Shown: positions 1 through 9,635, counted from the first letter of the stretch. The stretch is DNA of 52,961 nt from a virus (IMGVR_UViG_3300025769_000070), one strand, 5' to 3'. Notes: generated by a model not told the origin, from the sequence alone. Numbers and translations are program-made.

Positions 1-63
1 ACTGAAGTATTCACATACAGAGGAACCAATATATCCAGCGGCACCAGTAACTAAAATTTTCAT
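1..63 (-). CDS. NAD-dependent epimerase/dehydratase, 5' part only (runs off window)
   Basis: Manual translation from ATG at 63: MKILVTGAAGYIGSSVCEYFS, the Rossmann GxxGxxG start of extended SDR sugar enzymes. Confidence 0.75.
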   Translation of the reverse strand, partial: MKILVTGAAGYIGSSVCEYFS

Positions 64-100
64 AAATTATCTGTCAATCTATTTTCTAAAAGTAAATAAT

Positions 101-1246
101 TCAGTAATTAGATAACCCCTCTTGAATCGCCTTACAGATTCTCTCCATATCTTCCTCACTCAAATATTGATGGCATCCAATGTGAACACCGTTATCCCCA
201 ATCCATTCTGCGTCTGGGAAGTCTCCTAAATTATATCCCATATCGGCAAAGGCTTTGTGTTGAGTCGGGATACATCCAAAATTTTTCTTATAATGAATAT
301 TATACTTATCAAAAGTAGCCTTTACTTTATCTATGTGCCCTTTCTTTTTACAAGTAATACTAAATCCATGAGGACAATTAATATTACCTTCATCTTCTTC
401 AGAGAAAAATGCTACATTCTCAAACCCATTTGCAGCTTCTCTCATTCTTTTCATTAATTTATGACGGGTATTAAATGTATCCCAAAATAAATCAATCCCT
501 TCAAGACCGATAGAAGCCTCAAGATCATTCATCTTAGAATTTAATCCGGTTCTTTGATGATCAAAATAGATAGAATTAAAAGGACGACCATGAGAACGAG
601 TAGAGCCTAATAGATCAGCAATATAAGGATCGTTAGTAGATACATTACCACCTTCTCCACAAGCTAGTATATGGGCAATATAGTGACTAAATACCGCCAT
701 ATGACCCCAATGACCAGTATATTCATGTCTCCTAAAACCGTCATTAAATGAGGCACCATGAGCTTCGCAAGAATCCTCAATAACAATTAAGTCATATTCT
801 GACGCGATCTTACAAATCACATCCATTTCAGCCATTCTACCCATTGTATGTACAGGCATAATAGCAACAGTATTCTCATTGATAGCATCTTCAATTATAG
901 TTTCGTCGATATTTAGAGTAGACTTTCTCACATCAACAAACTTAGGTATTAATCCTGCCGCCCTGACTCCATTAGAAGTAGCAATAAATGACAAGGCTGG
1001 AACTATCACTTCGCTCTTACCACGAACCGCATTTTTTAGCTCATAAAGAGTAAGGCAAGCATTAATAACTCCATCTGTTCCAGAACTCATGGCTACTGCT
1101 CTTTCGTAGCCAAACAATTTTGCCCACTTCTTTTCAAAATCTGCCACCTTTGGACCACCAGAGGCCCAATTATTATCACAGCAATCCAAGAGATTAGCTT
1201 TTGCTACTTCTCCTATACGTAGTTCACCAAATTCAATTCGTTTCAT
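101..1246 (-). CDS. DegT/DnrJ/EryC1/StrS-fold PLP/PMP enzyme, probably an NDP-4-keto-6-deoxyhexose 3-dehydratase (ColD/E1-like)
   Basis: Family motifs SSGT, IVPALSFIAT, VIEDSCEAHG. The active-site loop FSHYIAHILACGEGG has His where aminotransferases have the Schiff-base Lys (6 residues before EGG). Confidence 0.8.
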   Translation of the reverse strand: MKRIEFGELRIGEVAKANLLDCCDNNWASGGPKVADFEKKWAKLFGYERAVAMSSGTDGVINACLTLYELKNAVRGKSEVIVPALSFIATSNGVRAAGLIPKFVDVRKSTLNIDETIIEDAINENTVAIMPVHTMGRMAEMDVICKIASEYDLIVIEDSCEAHGASFNDGFRRHEYTGHWGHMAVFSHYIAHILACGEGGNVSTNDPYIADLLGSTRSHGRPFNSIYFDHQRTGLNSKMNDLEASIGLEGIDLFWDTFNTRHKLMKRMREAANGFENVAFFSEEDEGNINCPHGFSITCKKKGHIDKVKATFDKYNIHYKKNFGCIPTQHKAFADMGYNLGDFPDAEWIGDNGVHIGCHQYLSEEDMERICKAIQEGLSNY

Positions 1247-1420
1247 ATAATCGTTCCATAGTTACAAAAAATTACACATTGACATAAAAGCTGTACTGTC
1301 GAAGATTGAAAAATAGATAGGTTCTAGATTTACGTTATCGTATTTAGTCCATGATTTACGTTCAGGATGGCTAGGACTCCCCAGCTTAAGTGATGATATC
1401 CCAACTCCTGTACAAGTGTG

Positions 1421-1609
1421 TTATGATTGATCATCATTATATTTCCTAATCACCAATCCATATAAACTACTTAATTTGCTATCACCCAACATTTTCGCCG
1501 CATCTTTAGAGAATATGAGAGGTGTTCCAATATAGAAAGATTCCATTCCTACATCGCCATCTGCATATTGCAACCACCCACGATAACCAACAAAATTTAG
1601 CTTTGACAT
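1421..1609 (-). CDS. hypothetical protein
   Basis: 62-aa ORF, co-oriented and overlapping the neighbouring stop codon. Confidence 0.5.
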   Translation of the reverse strand: MSKLNFVGYRGWLQYADGDVGMESFYIGTPLIFSKDAAKMLGDSKLSSLYGLVIRKYNDDQS

Positions 1610-3099
1610 ATCTTCCTTTTTAATTTAATATCAGTCATCTTCTTGATATTCTCAACAGCGATCTGACCGTAACGTATTTTCATGCGATTTAAAACTCCTG
1701 GATTAGTAAAATAAGCATCAAAGAAATAATCCCTGAATTCTAATACTTCCCTTGAAGTTAATGCTTCTGTACTATCAGGCACATGATCATAAGAAAGAAA
1801 ACCAAACTCTGTATACTTATCTGGAAGCTTTCTACCCTCTTGTTTAGCGGCCATGTATAATGGAGAACCCGGCAAAGCTGTAGAGCAATACACATTCATA
1901 TTTGCTAACGGTAGTTCAAACGAAAGATTCATTGTTTGCTGCATACTCTCATAAGTATCAGTTGGTAGCCCAACAATAAAATTGCCGCCTACACCAATAT
2001 CATGATCGTCAATAGCCTTAACAACTTCTCTGATATTTATTTCTTTGAATCTCCCCTTATCTATTTCTTGGCGTACATCCTGATTTGCAGACTCAATACC
2101 TAATGCTAAGTGTCTAACACCGGCTTTTCTCAAAATCTCCAAATACTGAGGCTTTGCGGTATCCACTCTACTATAAGCCCATATATTAAAGTCGAGATTA
2201 CGCTCAATAATCAACTCACATAGCTTCATAAAGTGTTTGGGTCTATACACAAACATTTCATCAGCAATTTTTAAATGCTTAACCCCTTGGTCTGCTAAGT
2301 ACTCTAATTGTGTAATAGTAAATTCTGGATTCCAGTATCGAAATACATTAAAATTAGCAGCAGTATGATTTGGATTATTATCTGTACGATTAATTTGATT
2401 GATCATACAAAAGTTACAACGACTGAAGCACCCTAAGCTAGTATAAATACTAGCAAAGGGCGATGTATCCCCTTGAAATTGTGTATGCCACACACTAGTA
2501 CGATACTTGTCTAAAGGCGGCATAATATCGTATGCAACACCTGGCAAATCTGTTTCAAGCATATCCTGTGGCACTATAGGCGAAGCGTTATTCATAACGC
2601 TCTCACCTTGTGCATTCTTCCAACAGATACCCAAAGTCCCTTTAAGAGCTTCATCTGATAGATCTGTAGCTAGTAAAGAGATAAGGGCATAAACCCCCTC
2701 ATTCGTAAACACAATGTCTATGAAGTCATGTCTATCTAATGTCTCCATTGGTAAGGCATTGACGTGAGGTCCAACAAATGCTATCTTACACTTACCATAT
2801 TCATCATTAACAAGTTTAGCAGCCGCTACGGCACCGTCCATAGCGGCAGAACTTGCATTTGGATTTTGACCAGTAGCTACAAATAGTACAATGTCCGGCT
2901 CAATATCATTGATACTACTAATAAAAGAACGTGTATCATGATTAATCTCCATATCAAAAAACTCTACAGGAAATCCTTTAGTCCTTACCGCATTAGCTAG
3001 CAATCCAGCCCAAAGATTAGGTTCCTTTGCGGAAAGATCCTTTGCTAATTCTTGATAGATACCACGAGCAGAAGGAGCGACTATTAATAATTTATTCAT
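1597..3099 (-). CDS. cobalamin-binding radical SAM protein (class B methyltransferase-like)
   Basis: N-terminal B12-binding domain (FVGPHVNALP) and CxxxCxxC (CFSRCNFC), plus IADEMF and LGIES. Start moved to ATG 3099, which overlaps the upstream stop as ATGAATAA. Confidence 0.9.
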   Translation of the reverse strand: MNKLLIVAPSARGIYQELAKDLSAKEPNLWAGLLANAVRTKGFPVEFFDMEINHDTRSFISSINDIEPDIVLFVATGQNPNASSAAMDGAVAAAKLVNDEYGKCKIAFVGPHVNALPMETLDRHDFIDIVFTNEGVYALISLLATDLSDEALKGTLGICWKNAQGESVMNNASPIVPQDMLETDLPGVAYDIMPPLDKYRTSVWHTQFQGDTSPFASIYTSLGCFSRCNFCMINQINRTDNNPNHTAANFNVFRYWNPEFTITQLEYLADQGVKHLKIADEMFVYRPKHFMKLCELIIERNLDFNIWAYSRVDTAKPQYLEILRKAGVRHLALGIESANQDVRQEIDKGRFKEINIREVVKAIDDHDIGVGGNFIVGLPTDTYESMQQTMNLSFELPLANMNVYCSTALPGSPLYMAAKQEGRKLPDKYTEFGFLSYDHVPDSTEALTSREVLEFRDYFFDAYFTNPGVLNRMKIRYGQIAVENIKKMTDIKLKRKICQS

Positions 3100-3304
3100 T
3101 TGTAATTTCTTTAATTTCAAAAGGTACTATCTCAACACCTTGATTTCTTCCACCTTTCATAGATTGTACTATTTTAGTAGCCACCCTTTTATCTATATAA
3201 AGCTTTCCACGCTTAGTCCAAAGACCAAATTTTCCGCCGACATAAAAAAGGCCAGTACTTTTTTGCCTTATTTTATATTCAATCATACAAATCTCCATGC
3301 TCAA
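3092..3304 (-). CDS. small basic phage hypothetical protein
   Basis: 70-aa ORF coupled to both neighbours. Confidence 0.55.
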   Translation of the reverse strand: MSMEICMIEYKIRQKSTGLFYVGGKFGLWTKRGKLYIDKRVATKIVQSMKGGRNQGVEIVPFEIKEITNE

Positions 3305-3797
3305 TTAACATAGTTACTCCACCATCTAATGCTTTTATATAAGCGGGGACTATCTGGTGGGGGTAAAGAAGATCTACAACATTAATATGTTCACACATAC
3401 TACGAAAAGCTTCTGCGTAATTAGCCTTATGCTGCTGTCCAGGATCAAGAGGATACTCTGAACCTACAGCAATCTTAATTATTACACATGGATCAGATTT
3501 ACCTAAACACATAATTTTCCACTTATCTAAGTGGTTTACTATTTGATTAGCGGCTAGAATGGCAAAATTCGAACGTGGATAAATACTAACTGGAATTGCT
3601 CCGGTTAAAGCAAGACCTAGACAGTAACCCATCTGGAACTCTTCTGCTACAGGAAGTTCAATCTTCTGATTAACCGGAACATCTGCTAACTGACGGGTAA
3701 TTCCTGTGCCTTTATAAGCTACTGCCTGTCCTACGAATAAGGCATTTGCTTCAGCTAGTAAAGCAACACCTTTGTTAATCTCTTCTAGATATTTCAT
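3279..3797 (-). CDS. TPP-dependent dehydrogenase E1-beta / transketolase pyrimidine-binding domain only
   Basis: FVGQAV, ELPVAEEFQMGYCLGLAL, NQIVN, GQQH. About 172 aa from ATG 3797, no C-terminal domain. Confidence 0.85.
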   Translation of the reverse strand: MKYLEEINKGVALLAEANALFVGQAVAYKGTGITRQLADVPVNQKIELPVAEEFQMGYCLGLALTGAIPVSIYPRSNFAILAANQIVNHLDKWKIMCLGKSDPCVIIKIAVGSEYPLDPGQQHKANYAEAFRSMCEHINVVDLLYPHQIVPAYIKALDGGVTMLIEHGDLYD

Positions 3798-3810
3798 ACC
3801 AATCCCTAAA

Positions 3811-4443
3811 TTAAAAGCTAACAAATTCTCCAACACCGCTGTGGGGGCCACTCAATTCATATTTATAGTAAAAAACCATACAATTAGACTTAATAGTCAA
3901 AGACTGATAGAATTCTACTAACTCTTCAGTAGTAACCTCTCCCCAAACAGACTTTGTCGGAGTGCCAACAGATTTCCCATTATCTTCCACTATAAAAGTA
4001 ATTGGTAGATTATGGGATATACTGTAAATGATAGATTCGTGAGCTATTCCTGTACGAAAAGCCATATCTCCAATAAAGCAAAATACACCACTATCTTCTT
4101 CTTTTCTAGCTATACCAGCAGCTACCCCGGTAGCTATTGGTAATATCCCACCAACGATAGCTGAAGTAAAGAAATTATATTCTGGAAAATTCATCGCCAT
4201 AGATTCGCCCTCAAGAATTCGGGCTGTTATTTTTTCTGGCGGAATACCTTTCAATAGTGCATGATAATGATTTGCCCAAGTACTAAATACATAATCGGCT
4301 TTGCCAATAGAAAGTTCTTCAAACAAATGAATTAAGATCTGTTCGTTACCATCACGTAAATGGACAGGTCCACGAATCATTCCTTTTGAATACATCCTTT
4401 TAATATTTTCCCTAAAATCAATTAAGTCTTGTTTATCTAGCAT
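3811..4443 (-). CDS. TPP-dependent dehydrogenase E1-alpha-like subunit (compact)
   Basis: GPVHL, AIVGGILPIATG and the TPP-binding GD...N motif (IGDMAF...VEDNG). Confidence 0.85.
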   Translation of the reverse strand: MLDKQDLIDFRENIKRMYSKGMIRGPVHLRDGNEQILIHLFEELSIGKADYVFSTWANHYHALLKGIPPEKITARILEGESMAMNFPEYNFFTSAIVGGILPIATGVAAGIARKEEDSGVFCFIGDMAFRTGIAHESIIYSISHNLPITFIVEDNGKSVGTPTKSVWGEVTTEELVEFYQSLTIKSNCMVFYYKYELSGPHSGVGEFVSF

Positions 4444-5382
4444 TTAATATTCCTTCCTTACATCCGGGTAATTATCACAAAACCAATCCCAAGTTTTTTT
4501 AAGACCATTATAAATGCTAGTATACTCAAAATCTGGAAATAAACTATCTACTAAAGCTTTTGATGTAGGTCTTGATCTCTGACCATTAGGTTTAGTCTCA
4601 TCCCAAACAATATTATCGTATTGGGCAATTCCCGAGAGCATCGTAACTATTTCCCGAATGGAATGTTGCTGCCGACCCGATATGATAACACGTTGGGGGA
4701 TTTTGTCAAGCGAAATCAATTGGAGGACCAACTCCGCAAGATCGTCGATGTACATAAATTCACGTAGGGAACGCCCGTCTCCCCAAACGACTAAAGGTTC
4801 TTTATTCTGAATTGCTAGGAAAAGTTTGTGAATTAAGCTAGGAACAACATGTCCGTATTCTATAGAGAACATATCGTTTTGACCAAATATATTCGAAGGA
4901 ATAACTGAACAGTAATTGTCGATACCATATTGCTTCTTTAAAGCTGTGATATGAACGTCAACCATGCGTTTGGCATATCCATAGGCGAAATTCCCGTCGT
5001 ATACGGGACCGTTGTGCATGTTTTCTTCTTTTAAAAGAGAAAGGTCATCAGGAAAAACACATACAGAACTGAATGCGATAGCCTTTGAGACATTGTGTTT
5101 AGCACAGGCCTTAAGTACATTGGCATTAATCATTAGGTTATCGTAGAGGAAGTCGGCGTGCATTGCTTTATTGCCACCAATTCCCCCTACTCTAGCACTT
5201 GTGTTGATGACACAGTCGGGTTTATAGTCCCCAATCATCTGCCAAGTCTCAGCCCAATCGGTTAGATCGGCGTCAGCTCTTGTCATAAAGATAAAGTCGT
5301 CATTAGAAGACTTAGAAGACTTAGAAGCTCTACGAATCCCATTTCCTGCTAAACCGTTGGAACCTGTTACTAAAATCTTCAT
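4444..5382 (-). CDS. GDP-L-fucose synthase family reductase/epimerase (Fcl/ColC-like)
   Basis: SARVGGIGGN, NLMINANV, SSVCVFP, YGYAKR, WGDGRSLREF. Confidence 0.88.
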   Translation of the reverse strand: MKILVTGSNGLAGNGIRRASKSSKSSNDDFIFMTRADADLTDWAETWQMIGDYKPDCVINTSARVGGIGGNKAMHADFLYDNLMINANVLKACAKHNVSKAIAFSSVCVFPDDLSLLKEENMHNGPVYDGNFAYGYAKRMVDVHITALKKQYGIDNYCSVIPSNIFGQNDMFSIEYGHVVPSLIHKLFLAIQNKEPLVVWGDGRSLREFMYIDDLAELVLQLISLDKIPQRVIISGRQQHSIREIVTMLSGIAQYDNIVWDETKPNGQRSRPTSKALVDSLFPDFEYTSIYNGLKKTWDWFCDNYPDVRKEY

Positions 5383-5400
5383 ATAATATCCTAATAAACT

Positions 5401-6162
5401 TTAGTTAAATCTTCGCCACTTTGCGGGAGATTGCTCCCAATTATTCATATCTAAAACCTGTCGTACAGGTCCAGTCTGATTGTATAGTTCTCGAAAAAGA
5501 GGAAGGTCATTAGTACTGTACGACCTATCCAAAACAGCATGGTCTGCACCAAAGTTGTTAGAGTTGCAGTGCATGACGACAGAAGGAGAATAATGCAATT
5601 TCCCACCCGCATTCTGCACACGATAAGCCAAGTCGTGGATGTTCATGTTAACATGCTCAAAGCGGCAGTCAATACCACCTAGAGCTTGAAACGTCTCAGT
5701 GTAGTACATTGGCACGGGAGCAATGAGATAATGAGTAGGAATTCCAATAAGCTGGTTGTCCCGATGCTTCCAAGATATGTAGTAGTCTTTAGTGCTACCA
5801 TTTAACTCAGAGTATGGTCCTTCTTCTGTGTAGCGAACAATAATACCATCTTCTTTTGGAGCGGCTAATAGTGTTTCAATACATTCTGCCAGTGCATTAG
5901 CCTTACAAACCCCATCGTCCGTCAACCATGTCATTAAAGTGCCTTTGGCTTGACATGCGGCTCTTTGAACACACCTAGAAGGGGAACCATAGTCTTCAAT
6001 GTAAGTGAGTCCTTCATACTCTTCCATTTTATTAGGACCAATGATAATTAGCTCATAAGTATAGTATCCAATAGAATCAGGAATACTGTCTAATAACGTA
6101 GGCAAACTGTCCGCACGAATGGTGGGAACAATTATGGTAAGGTCTGGGGTCGATAATGCCAT
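5401..6162 (-). CDS. glycosyltransferase, GT-A/GT2-like
   Basis: LTIIVPTIR, WLTDD, GGIDCRF, HDLAYR. Start moved to ATG 6162. Confidence 0.75.
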   Translation of the reverse strand: MALSTPDLTIIVPTIRADSLPTLLDSIPDSIGYYTYELIIIGPNKMEEYEGLTYIEDYGSPSRCVQRAACQAKGTLMTWLTDDGVCKANALAECIETLLAAPKEDGIIVRYTEEGPYSELNGSTKDYYISWKHRDNQLIGIPTHYLIAPVPMYYTETFQALGGIDCRFEHVNMNIHDLAYRVQNAGGKLHYSPSVVMHCNSNNFGADHAVLDRSYSTNDLPLFRELYNQTGPVRQVLDMNNWEQSPAKWRRFN

Positions 6163-6884
6163 ACCGAATCTACTTCTTTCCAATTATCTAATTTGACACG
6201 TGCAGAAAAAATTTGATCTGTTTCCCTATTAAAAAGTGGTTGGTCATCATTAATCTGTGCAAAATGTACAGGACCGTGATCACCAGAGGTTCCGGGAATA
6301 TACTTAACGGCACCAATATTAAGGCCGTTATTAATTACTCTACATCCCACCTTTTGTAATCTAGCCGCTAAATCCGTATGCCCAAAGCAAGTAACCTGAT
6401 ACTTACAATCAAACCCACCAAATTTCTCTAAGTAAGACCTTCTAACAAACGCCACATTGAAGATTTGCCACTCTGAATTAACCTTCCAGCCGCCCCCATA
6501 ACAGTGGTTAATAGAAAAATTAGTGACAGCCTCAACTCCCGCTTCGTTATAATTACCGATGACAACAGTGTCCTCAGATTCATTATAGACACAATCCATA
6601 AACTTATCGATGTCAAATGGCCCGGTCTCAAAATCATCAACCAACCATGTAACAAACTTACCTTCGGCAAGAAGAAGACCTATTTGTTGACATCTGTTAG
6701 GACTACCAAAATCCCGTACATATTTAACATTGCGGAATTCATCCACATCTGAATTATATTCAGGACCAACAAATATTACTTCAAAAGTATATTTACCTAC
6801 CGAAACGCCAATCTGTTCCACCAAAGCTTTCCAACCAGAAGTTCTGATGGATGGTATAATTATCGAAAGATCAGGCTTATTCAT
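6132..6884 (-). CDS. glycosyltransferase, GT-A/GT2-like
   Basis: LSIIIPSIR, WLVDD, GGFDCKY, HTDLAAR. Paralogue of its neighbour. Confidence 0.75.
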   Translation of the reverse strand: MNKPDLSIIIPSIRTSGWKALVEQIGVSVGKYTFEVIFVGPEYNSDVDEFRNVKYVRDFGSPNRCQQIGLLLAEGKFVTWLVDDFETGPFDIDKFMDCVYNESEDTVVIGNYNEAGVEAVTNFSINHCYGGGWKVNSEWQIFNVAFVRRSYLEKFGGFDCKYQVTCFGHTDLAARLQKVGCRVINNGLNIGAVKYIPGTSGDHGPVHFAQINDDQPLFNRETDQIFSARVKLDNWKEVDSVWHYRPQTLP

Positions 6885-7024
6885 AGCAAACAACCAATTT
6901 ATTTTCTAATTCAAACATAAAGATATCATCTAGTTTGTCCAATAATCTATTATCAATATATTTTGATTCATAAAAGAAAAACAAATCAAGTATATCTATC
7001 TGCATCTCTATGAAATGTATAGGA

Positions 7025-8026
7025 TTAATCATTCTTTGACCTCATATGTTCCACTACTTCATTTACAGAGTCTTGTAGACTAATATTAGCTTCAAACCCT
7101 AAGACTCTTTTAGCTTTTGATACATCAGGGGACCGTAATCGAACATCGTATTCATACGATGAACTACCAACGATTGATGGATTTTTTCCATGTATTGTAT
7201 TCCATACAATATAGGCGAGTTCTCTAACAGAAGTAGACACACTAGTCGAGATATTGAAATCATTATTAATACCATCTTCTGATTCTAAAGCTAATCTAAC
7301 TCCACGAGCAATATCTTTTCCGTGAGTGTAATGACGTACCTGCATACCATCACCAAGGATAGGTAGTGGATCGTCCGCATCAAGACACAAGGCTTTGTAA
7401 ACTAAATCTGGGAGTACGTGAGACATAAGCATCTTTATATTGCCGGAATATACTTTTTCTTCCCCAATAGCCTCTTCTTCTCCAACTCCTACACAGTTAA
7501 AAGGTCTAATTATAGTATAAGGCAATCCATACTGTTCATTAGCACCTTTAGCAAAATACTCAGATGATAGTTTTTGAAAACCATATGTTGAGCTTGGAGG
7601 CGGGGCTTTACTAACTTCATCTTCCGGTGTAGGATACTTATCAGTATTCTCAAAAACCATACTACTTGAAAGTACTACTATCCTTTTAAGGATATTCTCC
7701 TTATAAGATCTAATAGCTGAATCAAAAGTATTTGCTAGAATTCTCTCATTGGTTGATAATAGATCATAAGCATACTTATGAAAATAAGTAATTCCGCCAA
7801 TCATAGCTGCTCCTGCTATGATATAATCAGCGGAAATATCAGGAAAAGACTTAGCAAGATCGTGCCTTAATAATATAAATCTTTCATGCTTATCATGAGA
7901 ACGAGAAACGTTTCCGTACTTACTGTAATTATCAATCCCCGTTACATCATATCCAGCGTCCAAAAACTCATTACATAAATAACTACCTATAAATCCTTGA
8001 CTTCCAGTTATAATAATACTAGGCAT
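7025..8026 (-). CDS. NAD-dependent nucleotide-sugar epimerase/dehydratase (UDP-glucuronate decarboxylase-like)
   Basis: ITGSQGFIG, SSSMVF, YGFQK (YxxxK), RPFN. Start moved to ATG 8026, overlapping the upstream TAG. Confidence 0.85.
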   Translation of the reverse strand: MPSIIITGSQGFIGSYLCNEFLDAGYDVTGIDNYSKYGNVSRSHDKHERFILLRHDLAKSFPDISADYIIAGAAMIGGITYFHKYAYDLLSTNERILANTFDSAIRSYKENILKRIVVLSSSMVFENTDKYPTPEDEVSKAPPPSSTYGFQKLSSEYFAKGANEQYGLPYTIIRPFNCVGVGEEEAIGEEKVYSGNIKMLMSHVLPDLVYKALCLDADDPLPILGDGMQVRHYTHGKDIARGVRLALESEDGINNDFNISTSVSTSVRELAYIVWNTIHGKNPSIVGSSSYEYDVRLRSPDVSKAKRVLGFEANISLQDSVNEVVEHMRSKND

Positions 8027-8834
8027 AATATTCTCGTGTGTCCTTGAATGGTGTTGACTTATATTTTTTATTTGATTCCACTGTTGCCTGAACCATCGGC
8101 ATATCAACCCCTTGTTCTTTTGCCAGACTTAAAATAGCTGGTAAGTCTTTATTCCAGCAAATTGAACTCCATCCGCGTACATTTTCATTTACATCAAAGT
8201 ATTGGTCTGGTAGATTATTAGCTTGTAGCAATCCGCGTTTAACTGGAACATAATCTTCATTAAGAGAATTGCATAGCTCAAAGAACTCATTAGCAAATGA
8301 TACTCTAAGTGCCCCAAAGCAGTTGTTATAATATTTTATTAACTCTGCTTGAGTAATAGTACAGCATAAAGTTTTCTTAGGTAAATCTCCGTGGCAATCC
8401 CTAATTACCTGCTGACTATATTTTTCTTCAGTGCCAATAACAAGAACATTATTCAACTCGACAAAGTCTGTTACTGCTGATCTTTCTCTCAAGAATTCCG
8501 GACAGAAAACTAAATCTTGAAAACTAAAGTATTGTCCAGTATTACGCCATGCTACACAAGTTCCGGGCGGCACTGTAGATTTGATTACAACAATTCCACT
8601 GTATTTAGAATATTTTAGATCGTCTAATACTGACTTTACTATAGATGTATCACATGAACCGTCATGATTTGAAGGAGTTGGGACACAAATATATACAATA
8701 GGACAGTCTAGTAAAGAATGAAGGTCAGTCTCTAGTTTCTTATCGTGTTCATATACTTTATGGCCCTGTTTTTCGAAACCAAATTTACAGGCCGAACCGA
8801 CTATACCTTGACTACCAACTATGCCTATTTTCAT
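8019..8834 (-). CDS. UDP-glucose/GDP-mannose dehydrogenase family, lacking the C-terminal domain
   Basis: ICVPTP, IKSTVPPG, CPEFLRE, AELIKY.NN.F, catalytic C..KD (SSICWNKD). Confidence 0.85.
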   Translation of the reverse strand: MKIGIVGSQGIVGSACKFGFEKQGHKVYEHDKKLETDLHSLLDCPIVYICVPTPSNHDGSCDTSIVKSVLDDLKYSKYSGIVVIKSTVPPGTCVAWRNTGQYFSFQDLVFCPEFLRERSAVTDFVELNNVLVIGTEEKYSQQVIRDCHGDLPKKTLCCTITQAELIKYYNNCFGALRVSFANEFFELCNSLNEDYVPVKRGLLQANNLPDQYFDVNENVRGWSSICWNKDLPAILSLAKEQGVDMPMVQATVESNKKYKSTPFKDTREYYA

Positions 8835-8849
8835 TATGTGCCTTTAAAA

Positions 8850-9635
8850 TTATTTATAACCTAAATCGTTATATTCTTTTTCCTGCCCATTAAAACGAGT
8901 ATTCCATACATCTGGATATTCTTTATAATTCATAAAATATATGATATTCCTATCATTGTGATCTTGCCAGTCTCTAGTAAATATCGGTGTATCATGCCCT
9001 ATCTGAGCATTATGAATTGGTGCGTGATCACCGGAAATATTAGGCTGCCAATCAGCAGATGAAATCTCTGATTTTGAATTCCTGTAAGAAATATGATTTT
9101 GTTTTTGCAAACGAAATAATAGATCGTGTGTAGCATGATTCAGATAGTCATACTTACAATCAAATCCGCCATATGATATACATAGATCTCTAGACATTAG
9201 AAAATGAACACAAATTCCCCATGAGGGGTTTACTCCTCTATAGCGTGGATATGCGTTCCTTGCATACCAATACATATCTGGGAGTACCCTACCAGAATGA
9301 CTTTGTCCTTCTCTGTACCTCATTCCGACAATTAGATTATTATCTATATCATCTAGCTCATTAGAGATTACATGTGGAATGAATAGTGAGTCATCAACAG
9401 TGTGAAAAACATAATCCCCACCGCATTTAGATAATGCTATTTGAGCACATACGGTAGGAGATGCGAAGCTTTTTATCCAAGTCACATTAGGATTAGATAA
9501 AACAGATTCTGGCGGTTCAAAAGGTCCACACATAACCACTTCAAAATCGTGACGATCACATGAAGCTTCTAGGCTATCATACCATACTTGATGCAAATGA
9601 GTTCGTATGCTTGGCATGAATACTGATAATTTCAT
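8850..9635 (-). CDS. glycosyltransferase, GT-A/GT2-like
   Basis: LSVFMPSIR, HTVDD, GGFDCKY, HDLLFR. Confidence 0.75.
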   Translation of the reverse strand: MKLSVFMPSIRTHLHQVWYDSLEASCDRHDFEVVMCGPFEPPESVLSNPNVTWIKSFASPTVCAQIALSKCGGDYVFHTVDDSLFIPHVISNELDDIDNNLIVGMRYREGQSHSGRVLPDMYWYARNAYPRYRGVNPSWGICVHFLMSRDLCISYGGFDCKYDYLNHATHDLLFRLQKQNHISYRNSKSEISSADWQPNISGDHAPIHNAQIGHDTPIFTRDWQDHNDRNIIYFMNYKEYPDVWNTRFNGQEKEYNDLGYK

